Shown piece by piece: positions 57,211 to 64,000 of a stretch of 64,000 nucleotides of DNA. The position numbers were made by a program, and so were the translations under genes. Position 1 is the stretch's first letter, and every line of letters begins with the position of its first letter. The notes beneath the pieces were generated by a model, which had not been told where the DNA came from, did not search any database, and saw nothing but the letters and a program-made list of their open reading frames with translations. This stretch comes from a virus: positions 1 to 64,000 of the IMG/VR virus record IMGVR_UViG_3300045988_147517; one strand, 5' to 3'.

Positions 57211-57597
57211 TTAATTTTTTAATAATTGGTCAACAATTTTTCTACATTCATTTTGAACGTACTCAAGAGAGCATACTTGACCTTCATATCCAATATCTAA
57301 AATAAGCCTTTTAGGATAATACATTTTTGCCAATTCAATATCATTCCCATCCTCAAAATGTACGCAATCAAACCCGAACCACCATAAATCGGATTTGATA
57401 GGATGCGCACTATCTTTACCACCATCCGAATAGGTGAGTCCACCGTGACATTCTATCTTTAAATCATCATAGAACTTTCCATAATACTGACTTTCTGATG
57501 TTACCCCAACATAACCACACCGATATCCTCCCGGTGTAAAGGTAACAACACAGCGTAGACCTTTATAGATAAAATCACTTTCTATCTTTAACTGCAT
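57211..57597 (-). CDS. Hypothetical protein
   Basis: Operon ORF. Confidence 0.5.
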   Translation of the reverse strand: MQLKIESDFIYKGLRCVVTFTPGGYRCGYVGVTSESQYYGKFYDDLKIECHGGLTYSDGGKDSAHPIKSDLWWFGFDCVHFEDGNDIELAKMYYPKRLILDIGYEGQVCSLEYVQNECRKIVDQLLKN

Positions 57598-57776
57598 TCT
57601 TCAACCTCCAACTCTTCTTCAAAAACGTCTTCTCTATATTCTATAATTTCCATCATTCGTTCTTCAAGCCACTCTAATTCTTCTACGTTTTTACATTTAT
57701 CAAATAAGTCATCAACAAATAATTCAAAACCAAAACTATCTAAACCTAATCTTCCACTCTCATCTCTTCCCAGCAT
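57588..57776 (-). CDS. Hypothetical acidic protein
   Basis: Operon ORF. Confidence 0.4.
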   Translation of the reverse strand: MLGRDESGRLGLDSFGFELFVDDLFDKCKNVEELEWLEERMMEIIEYREDVFEEELEVEECS

Positions 57777-57952
57777 CTTTCAACCTCCTGATAAAGTTCT
57801 CCTAAATTTTCTGGTACCTCTTCTGCATTATTTAAAGACTCCTCATACCATTCCCAATTATCCACGCCGCCATATTTTAAAGATAATAACTCAGCTTCTC
57901 TCTCAAGCAATAACCGCAATTCTTTTTCTACAATAATATATTCTTTACTCAT
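57746..57952 (-). CDS. Hypothetical protein
   Basis: Operon ORF. Confidence 0.45.
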   Translation of the reverse strand: MSKEYIIVEKELRLLLEREAELLSLKYGGVDNWEWYEESLNNAEEVPENLGELYQEVERCWEEMRVED

Positions 57953-58195
57953 TTAAACCTCCCTAAAATATTTTTGCATTGCTTCTTCTGGTATTTCTAA
58001 CCAGTCCCCCGGGTCACCGTTTTGCTCAAGGTGTACGTAATTATCAGGTCGTTTCTCATGCGTTTCCACCCAGATTGTGCCCAACTTGACGGGAGGAATT
58101 TCGCTATCACTAAACACAAGTCCTTTTATGCATTCATATTTTTCATTCTTCTTCATTTCACTACCGCACAAACCTATGTATGTATAGCTCTTCAT
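57953..58195 (-). CDS. Hypothetical protein
   Basis: Operon ORF. Confidence 0.45.
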   Translation of the reverse strand: MKSYTYIGLCGSEMKKNEKYECIKGLVFSDSEIPPVKLGTIWVETHEKRPDNYVHLEQNGDPGDWLEIPEEAMQKYFREV

Positions 58196-58388
58196 CTAAT
58201 ATCTCCTGTACTTCATCTTTCACCTGTTGAGCTTCAAGCGTTGAATTTCCATTAAACACTTCTTCAAACACCATTGAGAGTAGGCAATCTAGTTCGTTAA
58301 GCTCTTTGCAAGAATTAACCAAGTCAGACACCACAACTTTTAATTTTTTTCCATTATAAAACATCTCATCATTTACATACTTTAACAT
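58161..58388 (-). CDS. Hypothetical protein
   Basis: The start was moved to the ATG at 58388, after aggagg (ATGTTAA overlap with the upstream stop). Confidence 0.5.
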   Translation of the reverse strand: MLKYVNDEMFYNGKKLKVVVSDLVNSCKELNELDCLLSMVFEEVFNGNSTLEAQQVKDEVQEILDEELYIHRFVR

Positions 58389-58753
58389 TCTTTTACCTCC
58401 TGGTTCCAACAATCATAACAAGTATAGCCCAGTCTCATACATTCCACAGATTTATCATCTTCGCCATATACATCTACAATACATGCAGTAGGATAAAGCC
58501 CACTCCCATCATCTTCTAATCTAGCATTCGGGAACTTCTCTAAAAATACATTCATGTAGGTCTTTGGTGGATGTTCTCTGTCCCACTTTTCAACAACAGA
58601 AACAGCCTCTCGAGGATAATCCTGTTCAAAACTTGCACAATAGATATGTCTTTTATTATTATGTGATTCAAACGGGCACTCAGAACAAGATGACGCTTTG
58701 CAACATTGTGTCATTCTTCTCTTTATTTTTAAATATTCAACTGCGTTCATCAT
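58382..58753 (-). CDS. Hypothetical Cys-rich protein
   Basis: Operon ORF. Confidence 0.5.
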   Translation of the reverse strand: MMNAVEYLKIKRRMTQCCKASSCSECPFESHNNKRHIYCASFEQDYPREAVSVVEKWDREHPPKTYMNVFLEKFPNARLEDDGSGLYPTACIVDVYGEDDKSVECMRLGYTCYDCWNQEVKEC

Positions 58754-59148
58754 TCAGTTACCCCAATCAAATTAAGAAGGTCGTCAATGTCAATTTCGAC
58801 GTTATTATAGTCAGTTGGATGACGATGTGATGATTTCATAGTAATATTTTCCGCGTCTAACGTTTCATCTAAAATATCAATCAAAGAATTTTCTTCATTC
58901 TCAAACAATTTATCCTTTAAAAGACCAAATAATTCTTGGTATGGCATTTCTTTTACATCATTTTCTGCTTCAATATATCCAGAGTAGCTTCCAATTTTCA
59001 CCACTACCAATACAGCATCTGATAATGGGTGTAAATACCACTGCTCCCAGTAATAACCATCATCGTATCCAAAAAACAAGGCTTTTTTATTTTGTTTATG
59101 TACCTTTAAAAGCGCATCTCTTAATTCATCTGGTGTGTCAATGTTCAC
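58750..59148 (-). CDS. Hypothetical protein
   Basis: Operon ORF. Confidence 0.5.
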   Translation of the reverse strand: MNIDTPDELRDALLKVHKQNKKALFFGYDDGYYWEQWYLHPLSDAVLVVVKIGSYSGYIEAENDVKEMPYQELFGLLKDKLFENEENSLIDILDETLDAENITMKSSHRHPTDYNNVEIDIDDLLNLIGVTE

Positions 59149-59555
59149 TCCCTTACCCCCTTCTTAATTTCCTCGAATTTCGCCAACATTTCGGGCACTG
59201 CCGCCACCGCCTCCTCTTCGGTCGGGAAACAGTTACCCATGTTGAGCATGGCAAGAGAGGCTTCTTCGTCTTTATAGAAGTGGCACCATGTCACGCGTCC
59301 ATTAAGAGAGACGGTATAATATTTACCATCATCTTTCGGCTTCCAAGGGCGTTTCTGAATTGTGTATTCTCCGGTTAATAAATACCATAGTTGACTATAC
59401 GCCATGTCATCATCGTCATAATCAATAATTGAGTCATTCGTAAATCTATAAGGACTATAAGCGACAATACTTCCATTTTTATCCATAACATCAAATTTCT
59501 CCCCAATCTCTACGCCTAACATTTTTGCCACTTCTTGCATGTAGTTTTTATTCAT
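59145..59555 (-). CDS. Hypothetical protein (136 aa)
   Basis: Its ATG directly abuts the right end of the mini IscB element. Confidence 0.5.
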   Translation of the reverse strand: MNKNYMQEVAKMLGVEIGEKFDVMDKNGSIVAYSPYRFTNDSIIDYDDDDMAYSQLWYLLTGEYTIQKRPWKPKDDGKYYTVSLNGRVTWCHFYKDEEASLAMLNMGNCFPTEEEAVAAVPEMLAKFEEIKKGVRE

Positions 59556-59749
59556 CTAATCTTTGGCAATGAAACTCCCTACTTCTATAAGTAGGAGAGG
59601 AATTGCCTTCTCCTTTCTTCCTGTAAATAACTCATTCTAGCTTTTAATAATTTTAATTTTTTACAACTTATACCCGTTAGTCTAGTCAACAAGGGCTTTT
59701 CAAGCCCCCACTTCAACAAGACCTATCTTGTAAGTAGTGGGTTATTGAC
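59556..59749 (-). mobile_element. Internally deleted (MITE-like) derivative of the IscB element
   Basis: 59556..59674 matches 27490..27603 (right end including the hairpin and the iscB 3' codons). 59677..59749 matches 28986..29059 (left end and the omegaRNA 5' part). The iscB body is absent. Confidence 0.75.
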
Positions 59750-59871
59750 TTTAAATCTCCTTTACCTTTCTTATTTTAACTGGTTTTCTTTTCTTGGGTC
59801 TACGCCTTTCTTTCAAATCTTTTTCAGCTAGGCGCTCTTCTTCTTGTTCCATAATATAATTAAAGTATTCT

Positions 59872-60405
59872 TCACTCGTTATCGGTAGATTCTTTTTCTT
59901 GTAACTCATCGTTCTTCCTAAAAATAATTAGCTTTACATGTTCGCTATCATCAAAAACTTCATGTAATATCTTACTTACAATTTTCCAATCTCCTCCACC
60001 ACATCCGCAACCTAGCTTATATGGTACTCCAATTGTCCAAATATCATCTTTTTTTGAAAAAGTAAGGGCCTCACAATGTTCTCTTAACAATATTAGTGCC
60101 TCTTTAAGCGCCCTATAATCTGTCAACCTTTCACCATTTGGGGCATGATGAAACTGGGCGAATAAATTAGCAACCAAGTCTTTTCTGCCCCCATACCGTT
60201 CCACTTCGACTATCTGAACAACGCCCATCATTGATTCAGATAGACCATATTCTTTGCAGAATTTATTATATTGCTTCAATAAATCTTTGTAAATATACCT
60301 TAAATCTCTCGAAAGTCCGGCGTGCATTTTCCCTTGACAATTTACCTGATGGGCGATAATATCAACTTTAGATTTAATTAAATCTCCATCTTTCATTTCT
60401 ACCAT
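59872..60405 (-). CDS. Macro domain (ADP-ribose binding/hydrolase) protein
   Basis: The N-terminal pattern GDLIKSKVDIIAHQVNCQGKMHAGLS and the size fit stand-alone macro domains. Confidence 0.5.
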   Translation of the reverse strand: MVEMKDGDLIKSKVDIIAHQVNCQGKMHAGLSRDLRYIYKDLLKQYNKFCKEYGLSESMMGVVQIVEVERYGGRKDLVANLFAQFHHAPNGERLTDYRALKEALILLREHCEALTFSKKDDIWTIGVPYKLGCGCGGGDWKIVSKILHEVFDDSEHVKLIIFRKNDELQEKESTDNE

Positions 60406-60406
60406 T

Positions 60407-60625
60407 TTAATCCCTCATAAGCCTTTTAATATCTCTTACATTCAAACTCAATACTATATTCACATTATCAGGCGGATTCATATTATTTACAAACCGCTTC
60501 AAACACCCAGTCGAACAAAAATAATGGCCGTGCGACCGCACCCCGTTATTGGAGATTTCTTGAATCGTCAACTGAATCATATTACAGGTACAACCCGCTT
60601 CTCCACTACAAAACTCACACTTCAT
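60407..60625 (-). CDS. Small Cys-rich protein
   Basis: The ATG at 60625, 8 nt after aaggag, is preferred over the GTG at 60634. Translation begins MKCEFCSGEAGCTC.... Confidence 0.5.
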   Translation of the reverse strand: MKCEFCSGEAGCTCNMIQLTIQEISNNGVRSHGHYFCSTGCLKRFVNNMNPPDNVNIVLSLNVRDIKRLMRD

Positions 60626-60637
60626 AATATTCACTCC

Positions 60638-60730
60638 TTAGTTAATTAAAATACCGCCAACATATTCAATATATTCGTATGCCGCCTTTGGCGATTCCAC
60701 AACATCATTTTTGCCAATCGTTTCCCAATT
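60638..60730 (-). pseudogene. Displaced, diverged duplicate of the last 30 codons of gene 60826..61248
   Basis: It translates in frame to NWETIGKNDVVESPKAAYEYIEYVGGILIN*. The functional end reads SWDAIAKDDVIESPEKAYEYIETVGGILIN*. It has no start codon and lies immediately 3' of omegaRNA copy D. Confidence 0.65.
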
Positions 60731-60815
60731 TAGGTGTACTAATGTACTTCTCACTCGATAGCATAGCTAAGCATAAATGAGCTAACCCCGTCCTAACAGC
60801 GGTTATTGTTGGTGC
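60705..60815 (-). ncRNA. Orphan TnpB-type omegaRNA-like scaffold, copy D (candidate guide = displaced gene fragment)
   Basis: Minus-strand sequence is caccaacaataaccgctgttaggacggggttagctcatttatgcTTAGCtatGCTAtcgagtgagaagta-cattagtacaCCTAAat-tgggaaacgattgg.... Confidence 0.5.
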
Positions 60816-60825
60816 TATATAATTA

Positions 60826-61248
60826 TTAATTGATTAATATGCCGCCAACAGTTTCAATATACTCATAGGCTTTTTCAGGCGATTCTATAACATCATCTTT
60901 AGCAATCGCATCCCAAGAATATTTACCCGCATATCGGGTAAAAGCCTTTTGAAAATCAACACCTTTTTTATTTTTATACAATACAATTTCATCCCACATT
61001 CTTTGACTACTCACCACAATATTATCATGCGCCATGTTTACTATTGTATTCGGCCCCATAACTCTATACCCTTTAACGTCATGCGGGATTGTCCCAATGC
61101 CATGGCAATAATGACAAACACTTTGTAAAAGGGGGTATCCCGCTTTTAAACCACGAGCATACCCCTTACCACCACATTTCGGGCAACATACTTCATCTAC
61201 GCGAAACGTTCCTTCTTTAATATAATATACTTCGTCTCCTAGTTCCAA
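60826..61248 (-). CDS. Protein with DnaJ-type CxxCxGxG zinc-finger repeats (140 aa)
   Basis: Motifs CPKCGGKG and CHYCHGIG. TTG start after aaggaggg. Confidence 0.5.
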   Translation of the reverse strand: MELGDEVYYIKEGTFRVDEVCCPKCGGKGYARGLKAGYPLLQSVCHYCHGIGTIPHDVKGYRVMGPNTIVNMAHDNIVVSSQRMWDEIVLYKNKKGVDFQKAFTRYAGKYSWDAIAKDDVIESPEKAYEYIETVGGILIN

Positions 61249-61275
61249 AACTACAAAACCCTCCTTTAAAATTTA

Positions 61276-61350
61276 TGGTGCGGGGACTGGGAATCGAACC
61301 CAGTTTTCAGGCGTATAAGACCCGCGCACTAACCGATGTACTATCCCCGT
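61276..61350 (-). tRNA. tRNA-Ile (anticodon UAU), CCA encoded
   Basis: Hand-folded cloverleaf: acceptor ACGGGGA/TCCCCGC (A1-C72 mismatch), D arm GTAC-ATCGGTTA-GTGC, anticodon arm CGGGT-CTTATAC-GCCTG, T arm CTGGG-TTCGATT-CCCAG, then ACCA. Confidence 0.75.
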
Positions 61351-61383
61351 ATAAAAGGGAAATACATCCCTTTTTATAAACAT

Positions 61384-61412
61384 ATTATAACATACTGTTG
61401 GCGCTTTGTCAA
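61384..61412 (-). promoter_or_regulatory. Consensus sigma70-type promoter upstream of the tRNA (AAGCGCCAA motif in the spacer)
   Basis: TTGACA-aagcgccaacagtatgt-TATAAT on the minus strand. It overlaps the SprT-like stop and lies ~30 nt before the tRNA 5' end. Confidence 0.7.
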
Positions 61413-62047
61413 TCAGTTTCGCCCGGAATAATATACTCAAACAGTTCTTCACAGTCAGCGCACATAACAGAAATATTTGCTTTTCCTCTTACAACCGCGC
61501 CACATGTTGGACATTGGTAATATGGTCTAGGTTTTCTAGGTTTCTTTGGCTCTTCACCTTCACTTGCGGCTAAATCTGACAATTGCCTGTTAATATTAAA
61601 AACGTCGCTGATATTAAGCGTATCAATAAATTCTATAAATTCGTCTGATGGCGCTGTCTCTGAATAACCAATTCCATCAACCTTATTAATAATCAAATCT
61701 CTCTTTTCAGCTTTTGCTTTAAACCGCTTATTATGATAGCGGTTACCTCGGGAAGTATCTTTAATATCATTCTCCCAGCAATAAATATGCACCATCTCAT
61801 GCGCCAGTGTAGAAATGATATCATATTTATCAAGGTTTAAATACTCGGCTGTAATGTTTAACTCATAGTATCTTTTCCCACTAATATCAATCCACCGATT
61901 TTTTGAAGCCCACCCATAAGCATCTCCACTTACTACTTTCTTACTTTGAATTGTAATAATTACTAGCGGCAATTCACCATCATAATATTTTTCGTTTAGA
62001 GCGTTATATACTCTTTCTAACTCATTATAAATTTCTGCCAAATTCAT
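61409..62047 (-). CDS. SprT-like zinc metalloprotease domain protein
   Basis: HExxH motif (LAHEMVHIY) plus a C-terminal zinc ribbon CPTCG...CADCEE. Confidence 0.6.
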   Translation of the reverse strand: MNLAEIYNELERVYNALNEKYYDGELPLVIITIQSKKVVSGDAYGWASKNRWIDISGKRYYELNITAEYLNLDKYDIISTLAHEMVHIYCWENDIKDTSRGNRYHNKRFKAKAEKRDLIINKVDGIGYSETAPSDEFIEFIDTLNISDVFNINRQLSDLAASEGEEPKKPRKPRPYYQCPTCGAVVRGKANISVMCADCEELFEYIIPGETD

Positions 62048-62048
62048 T

Positions 62049-63314
62049 TCATTCGCCTTTCATATCATCAAAATTCCAAGCACCATAGGCCGGAGTGGAT
62101 TCAAAAATACCTTCTGGATACTTTTCACCATCTGCAAGTGGAACAATTTTATCAATATATATTTCATTAAATAAAATTCCTGTTTTATTTAACGCACTAA
62201 ATGGAGATATATTCATATCGGCTCGTTTATTAACATGCATAAATACAAAAGCCCTGTCTTTGTTACAAGAATATGTTGAATGTGGCGCGCCAATGATAGA
62301 ACTCCCATATATGTTATTATAATATTCTCCCTCTTTATATTCAAATGAATTATCATAAAATGATACGTATTTATCCCCATCAATCTTCACATATTTCACA
62401 AATCTTAATGGGAAATTACAAGGTACTTGTTTTTCAATAGCATTGAGTCTTTTTATCATTATATCCCTTTTCGCGCTATCATTAAAAAAATAAGAACTGT
62501 AAAAATTATCGTCGAATAGGACAAACCTTTCCATTATATTGTCATTTTCTACTGTCCAATATATCTGTTTTCCCAAACAATATGAGACCAATAAATTATA
62601 GTTAATACAATATTTTGTGAAAAAATTTATACAATTAGATTGTCCTTGTTTTTCTTCAAATAATTCCATTGCCCTATTAATATCGAATGGCTCATCCCGA
62701 ATTTCTTCAAAAATATCTTCCGATTCTTCACCATACATTCCGCCTATTTGCTCAGATAAGGCATCATAACTTTCGATATTTACATTTTTCATAGACAATC
62801 CTATTTTATATAACGTTGATGTGGGAATACTATATCCTCTCTGCCTGTATTTTTCCATACGTTTTAAAGATGTAAGCGGATAAGGTGTCTTTACATTATA
62901 ATTTAGGCATCGTTTAAGATTATCTGCAATAAAATTATCATCTACGATAAATTTATCTTCATCAAAATCATATAGCCCCATATTAATAGTAAAATCAAAA
63001 CTTTCAAAAATACTTTGTGGAGTAGGATACGCCTTTAAAGTAACCACTTGCACCATCTTATTGCCTCCACAATAATCTTTAAAACTGATAGCCCTTTTAG
63101 AACACACTCTAAAATTCCCACTAGCCCATGATGACCTTAAAAAAGACTCCATATCTTTTTCTGTTTTAAAATATACATCATAGTCATTAATCTCGTTTCC
63201 AGTATAAACAGAAGTAATAGCGCCACCAGCAATCATTGCATGGTTCAGTTTTAATAAATCATATAAATCGTCACTCATTTCATCAAATAGAACTTCTTTT
63301 TTATCTTTACTCAT
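62049..63314 (-). CDS. Hypothetical protein, possible Pol-beta-type nucleotidyltransferase fold
   Basis: The start was moved to the ATG at 63314 (GATGAGTAA overlap with the recombinase stop, SD gaggagg). The motif AGGAITSVYTGNEINDYDVYF resembles GG...DxD nucleotidyltransferases; support is weak. Confidence 0.45.
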   Translation of the reverse strand: MSKDKKEVLFDEMSDDLYDLLKLNHAMIAGGAITSVYTGNEINDYDVYFKTEKDMESFLRSSWASGNFRVCSKRAISFKDYCGGNKMVQVVTLKAYPTPQSIFESFDFTINMGLYDFDEDKFIVDDNFIADNLKRCLNYNVKTPYPLTSLKRMEKYRQRGYSIPTSTLYKIGLSMKNVNIESYDALSEQIGGMYGEESEDIFEEIRDEPFDINRAMELFEEKQGQSNCINFFTKYCINYNLLVSYCLGKQIYWTVENDNIMERFVLFDDNFYSSYFFNDSAKRDIMIKRLNAIEKQVPCNFPLRFVKYVKIDGDKYVSFYDNSFEYKEGEYYNNIYGSSIIGAPHSTYSCNKDRAFVFMHVNKRADMNISPFSALNKTGILFNEIYIDKIVPLADGEKYPEGIFESTPAYGAWNFDDMKGE

Positions 63315-63966
63315 CTGCGAGTTCCTCCTCGTCCCCTTCGCACCAAAGGATACTACTTGTAATTTCATCTTGGTAATTTTTATCAACCATCTGTACGTAG
63401 CGCATCGTCATTTCAACGCTTTGATGCCCTAACATCGTTTGAATATTTTTCACATTCGTACCATGAACAGATTGTAAAGTGGCGGCAGTACTTCTTAATT
63501 TGTGGGGTGTGATATCTTTGGTGATTCCAGCGCGTTCACATACCCGCTTTAATTCTTTTGAAACATTTCTACCATCTACTTTGCCACCAGATGTCGATGT
63601 AAAAAGATAATTATTATTCCCAGACATGCGTTCTGTTGGAACAATTCTTTCGCCATCTCGATATACGGGGTAACCAAACCTATCAAGCACTACTTCACCA
63701 TTTTGTTTAACAATTTCTTTTCTACCGATATAATCATTAATATATCTCTTACATACCCAGTTAATTGGGATATAGCGAAGTTCATTACGTTTTGCTTTGC
63801 GAATATTAATGCGGCTCTTTTCAAAGTCCACATCTTCTAATTTTAAATCAGTCACTTCGCTAATACGCATTCCTGTATTAATCATCAGGTAAAATATTGC
63901 CTTTTGGCGCTTTGTTCTACAATTCTTAATAAGTAGTTTTGCTTCACTTTCAGTTAAATAAGTCAT
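63307..63966 (-). CDS. Tyrosine recombinase / integrase (XerC/D-like, short)
   Basis: Catalytic region: R in GMRISE, HKLRSTAAT, LGHQSVEMTMRY. Confidence 0.75.
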   Translation of the reverse strand: MTYLTESEAKLLIKNCRTKRQKAIFYLMINTGMRISEVTDLKLEDVDFEKSRINIRKAKRNELRYIPINWVCKRYINDYIGRKEIVKQNGEVVLDRFGYPVYRDGERIVPTERMSGNNNYLFTSTSGGKVDGRNVSKELKRVCERAGITKDITPHKLRSTAATLQSVHGTNVKNIQTMLGHQSVEMTMRYVQMVDKNYQDEITSSILWCEGDEEELADE

Positions 63967-64000
63967 TGGTTTAGGTTGAGTTTTACGAGAACTAACATGA

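Noticed and set aside
20605-62322. Numerous 60-125-aa plus-strand track ORFs lie inside the minus-strand module. Examples are 20605..20811, 22574..22813, 24008..24247, 26340..26534, 27080..27386, 29600..29842, 30856..31279, 32332..32679, 34421..35516, 43151..43771, 46221..46499, 49126..49503, 51772..52089, 58941..59378 and 62095..62322.
   Set aside because: They lie antisense to long, well-supported genes or across promoters. They have low-complexity Ser/Leu/Phe-rich translations typical of the reverse frames of AT-rich coding DNA, and they lack SD sequences.

Overview
This is a visibly AT-rich segment of a tailed dsDNA phage or prophage genome, organised as two convergent modules. Module 1 (plus strand, 1-19.6 kb) encodes tail morphogenesis: a tape-measure C-terminus, two large tail fibres, four paralogous tail-collar receptor-binding proteins with small duplicated partner genes, baseplate-like proteins, three C1q/TNF-like tip proteins and a rho-independent terminator. 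Module 2 (minus strand, 19.7-64 kb) is a densely packed early/middle region. It is driven by at least 11 near-identical consensus promoters (TTGACA-N17-TATAAT). It encodes replication and recombination functions (DnaE, DnaB-like helicase, primase, ERF annealase, PD-(D/E)XK nuclease), nucleotide metabolism (ThyX, dUTPase, and a class II RNR split by two group-I-like introns, one carrying a LAGLIDADG endonuclease) and an NAD+ cluster (NadE, Nampt-like, Prs-like, nicotinamidase-like). It also encodes a macro domain protein, an SprT-like protease, a tRNA-Ile(UAU) and a tyrosine recombinase. The most unusual content is two OMEGA-type RNA-guided nucleases, neither with a tnpA. (1) A complete IscB with its upstream omegaRNA, plus a ~190-bp internally deleted copy of the same element elsewhere. 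(2) A 382-aa TnpB whose 3' omegaRNA scaffold runs directly into a CRISPR-like array of four 30-bp repeats and three 36-bp spacers. Three further orphan copies of the same scaffold sit elsewhere. One has its own consensus promoter and a repeat-like 3' end. Another sits between a gene's functional 3' end and a displaced, diverged duplicate of that end. Compensatory substitutions among the four copies support a hairpin-loop to 3'-strand pseudoknot that, at the TnpB locus, can only be completed by the CRISPR repeats. I read this as a candidate TnpB-to-type-V transitional, multi-guide system carried by a phage. All calls come from reading the sequence by eye; no searches were run.
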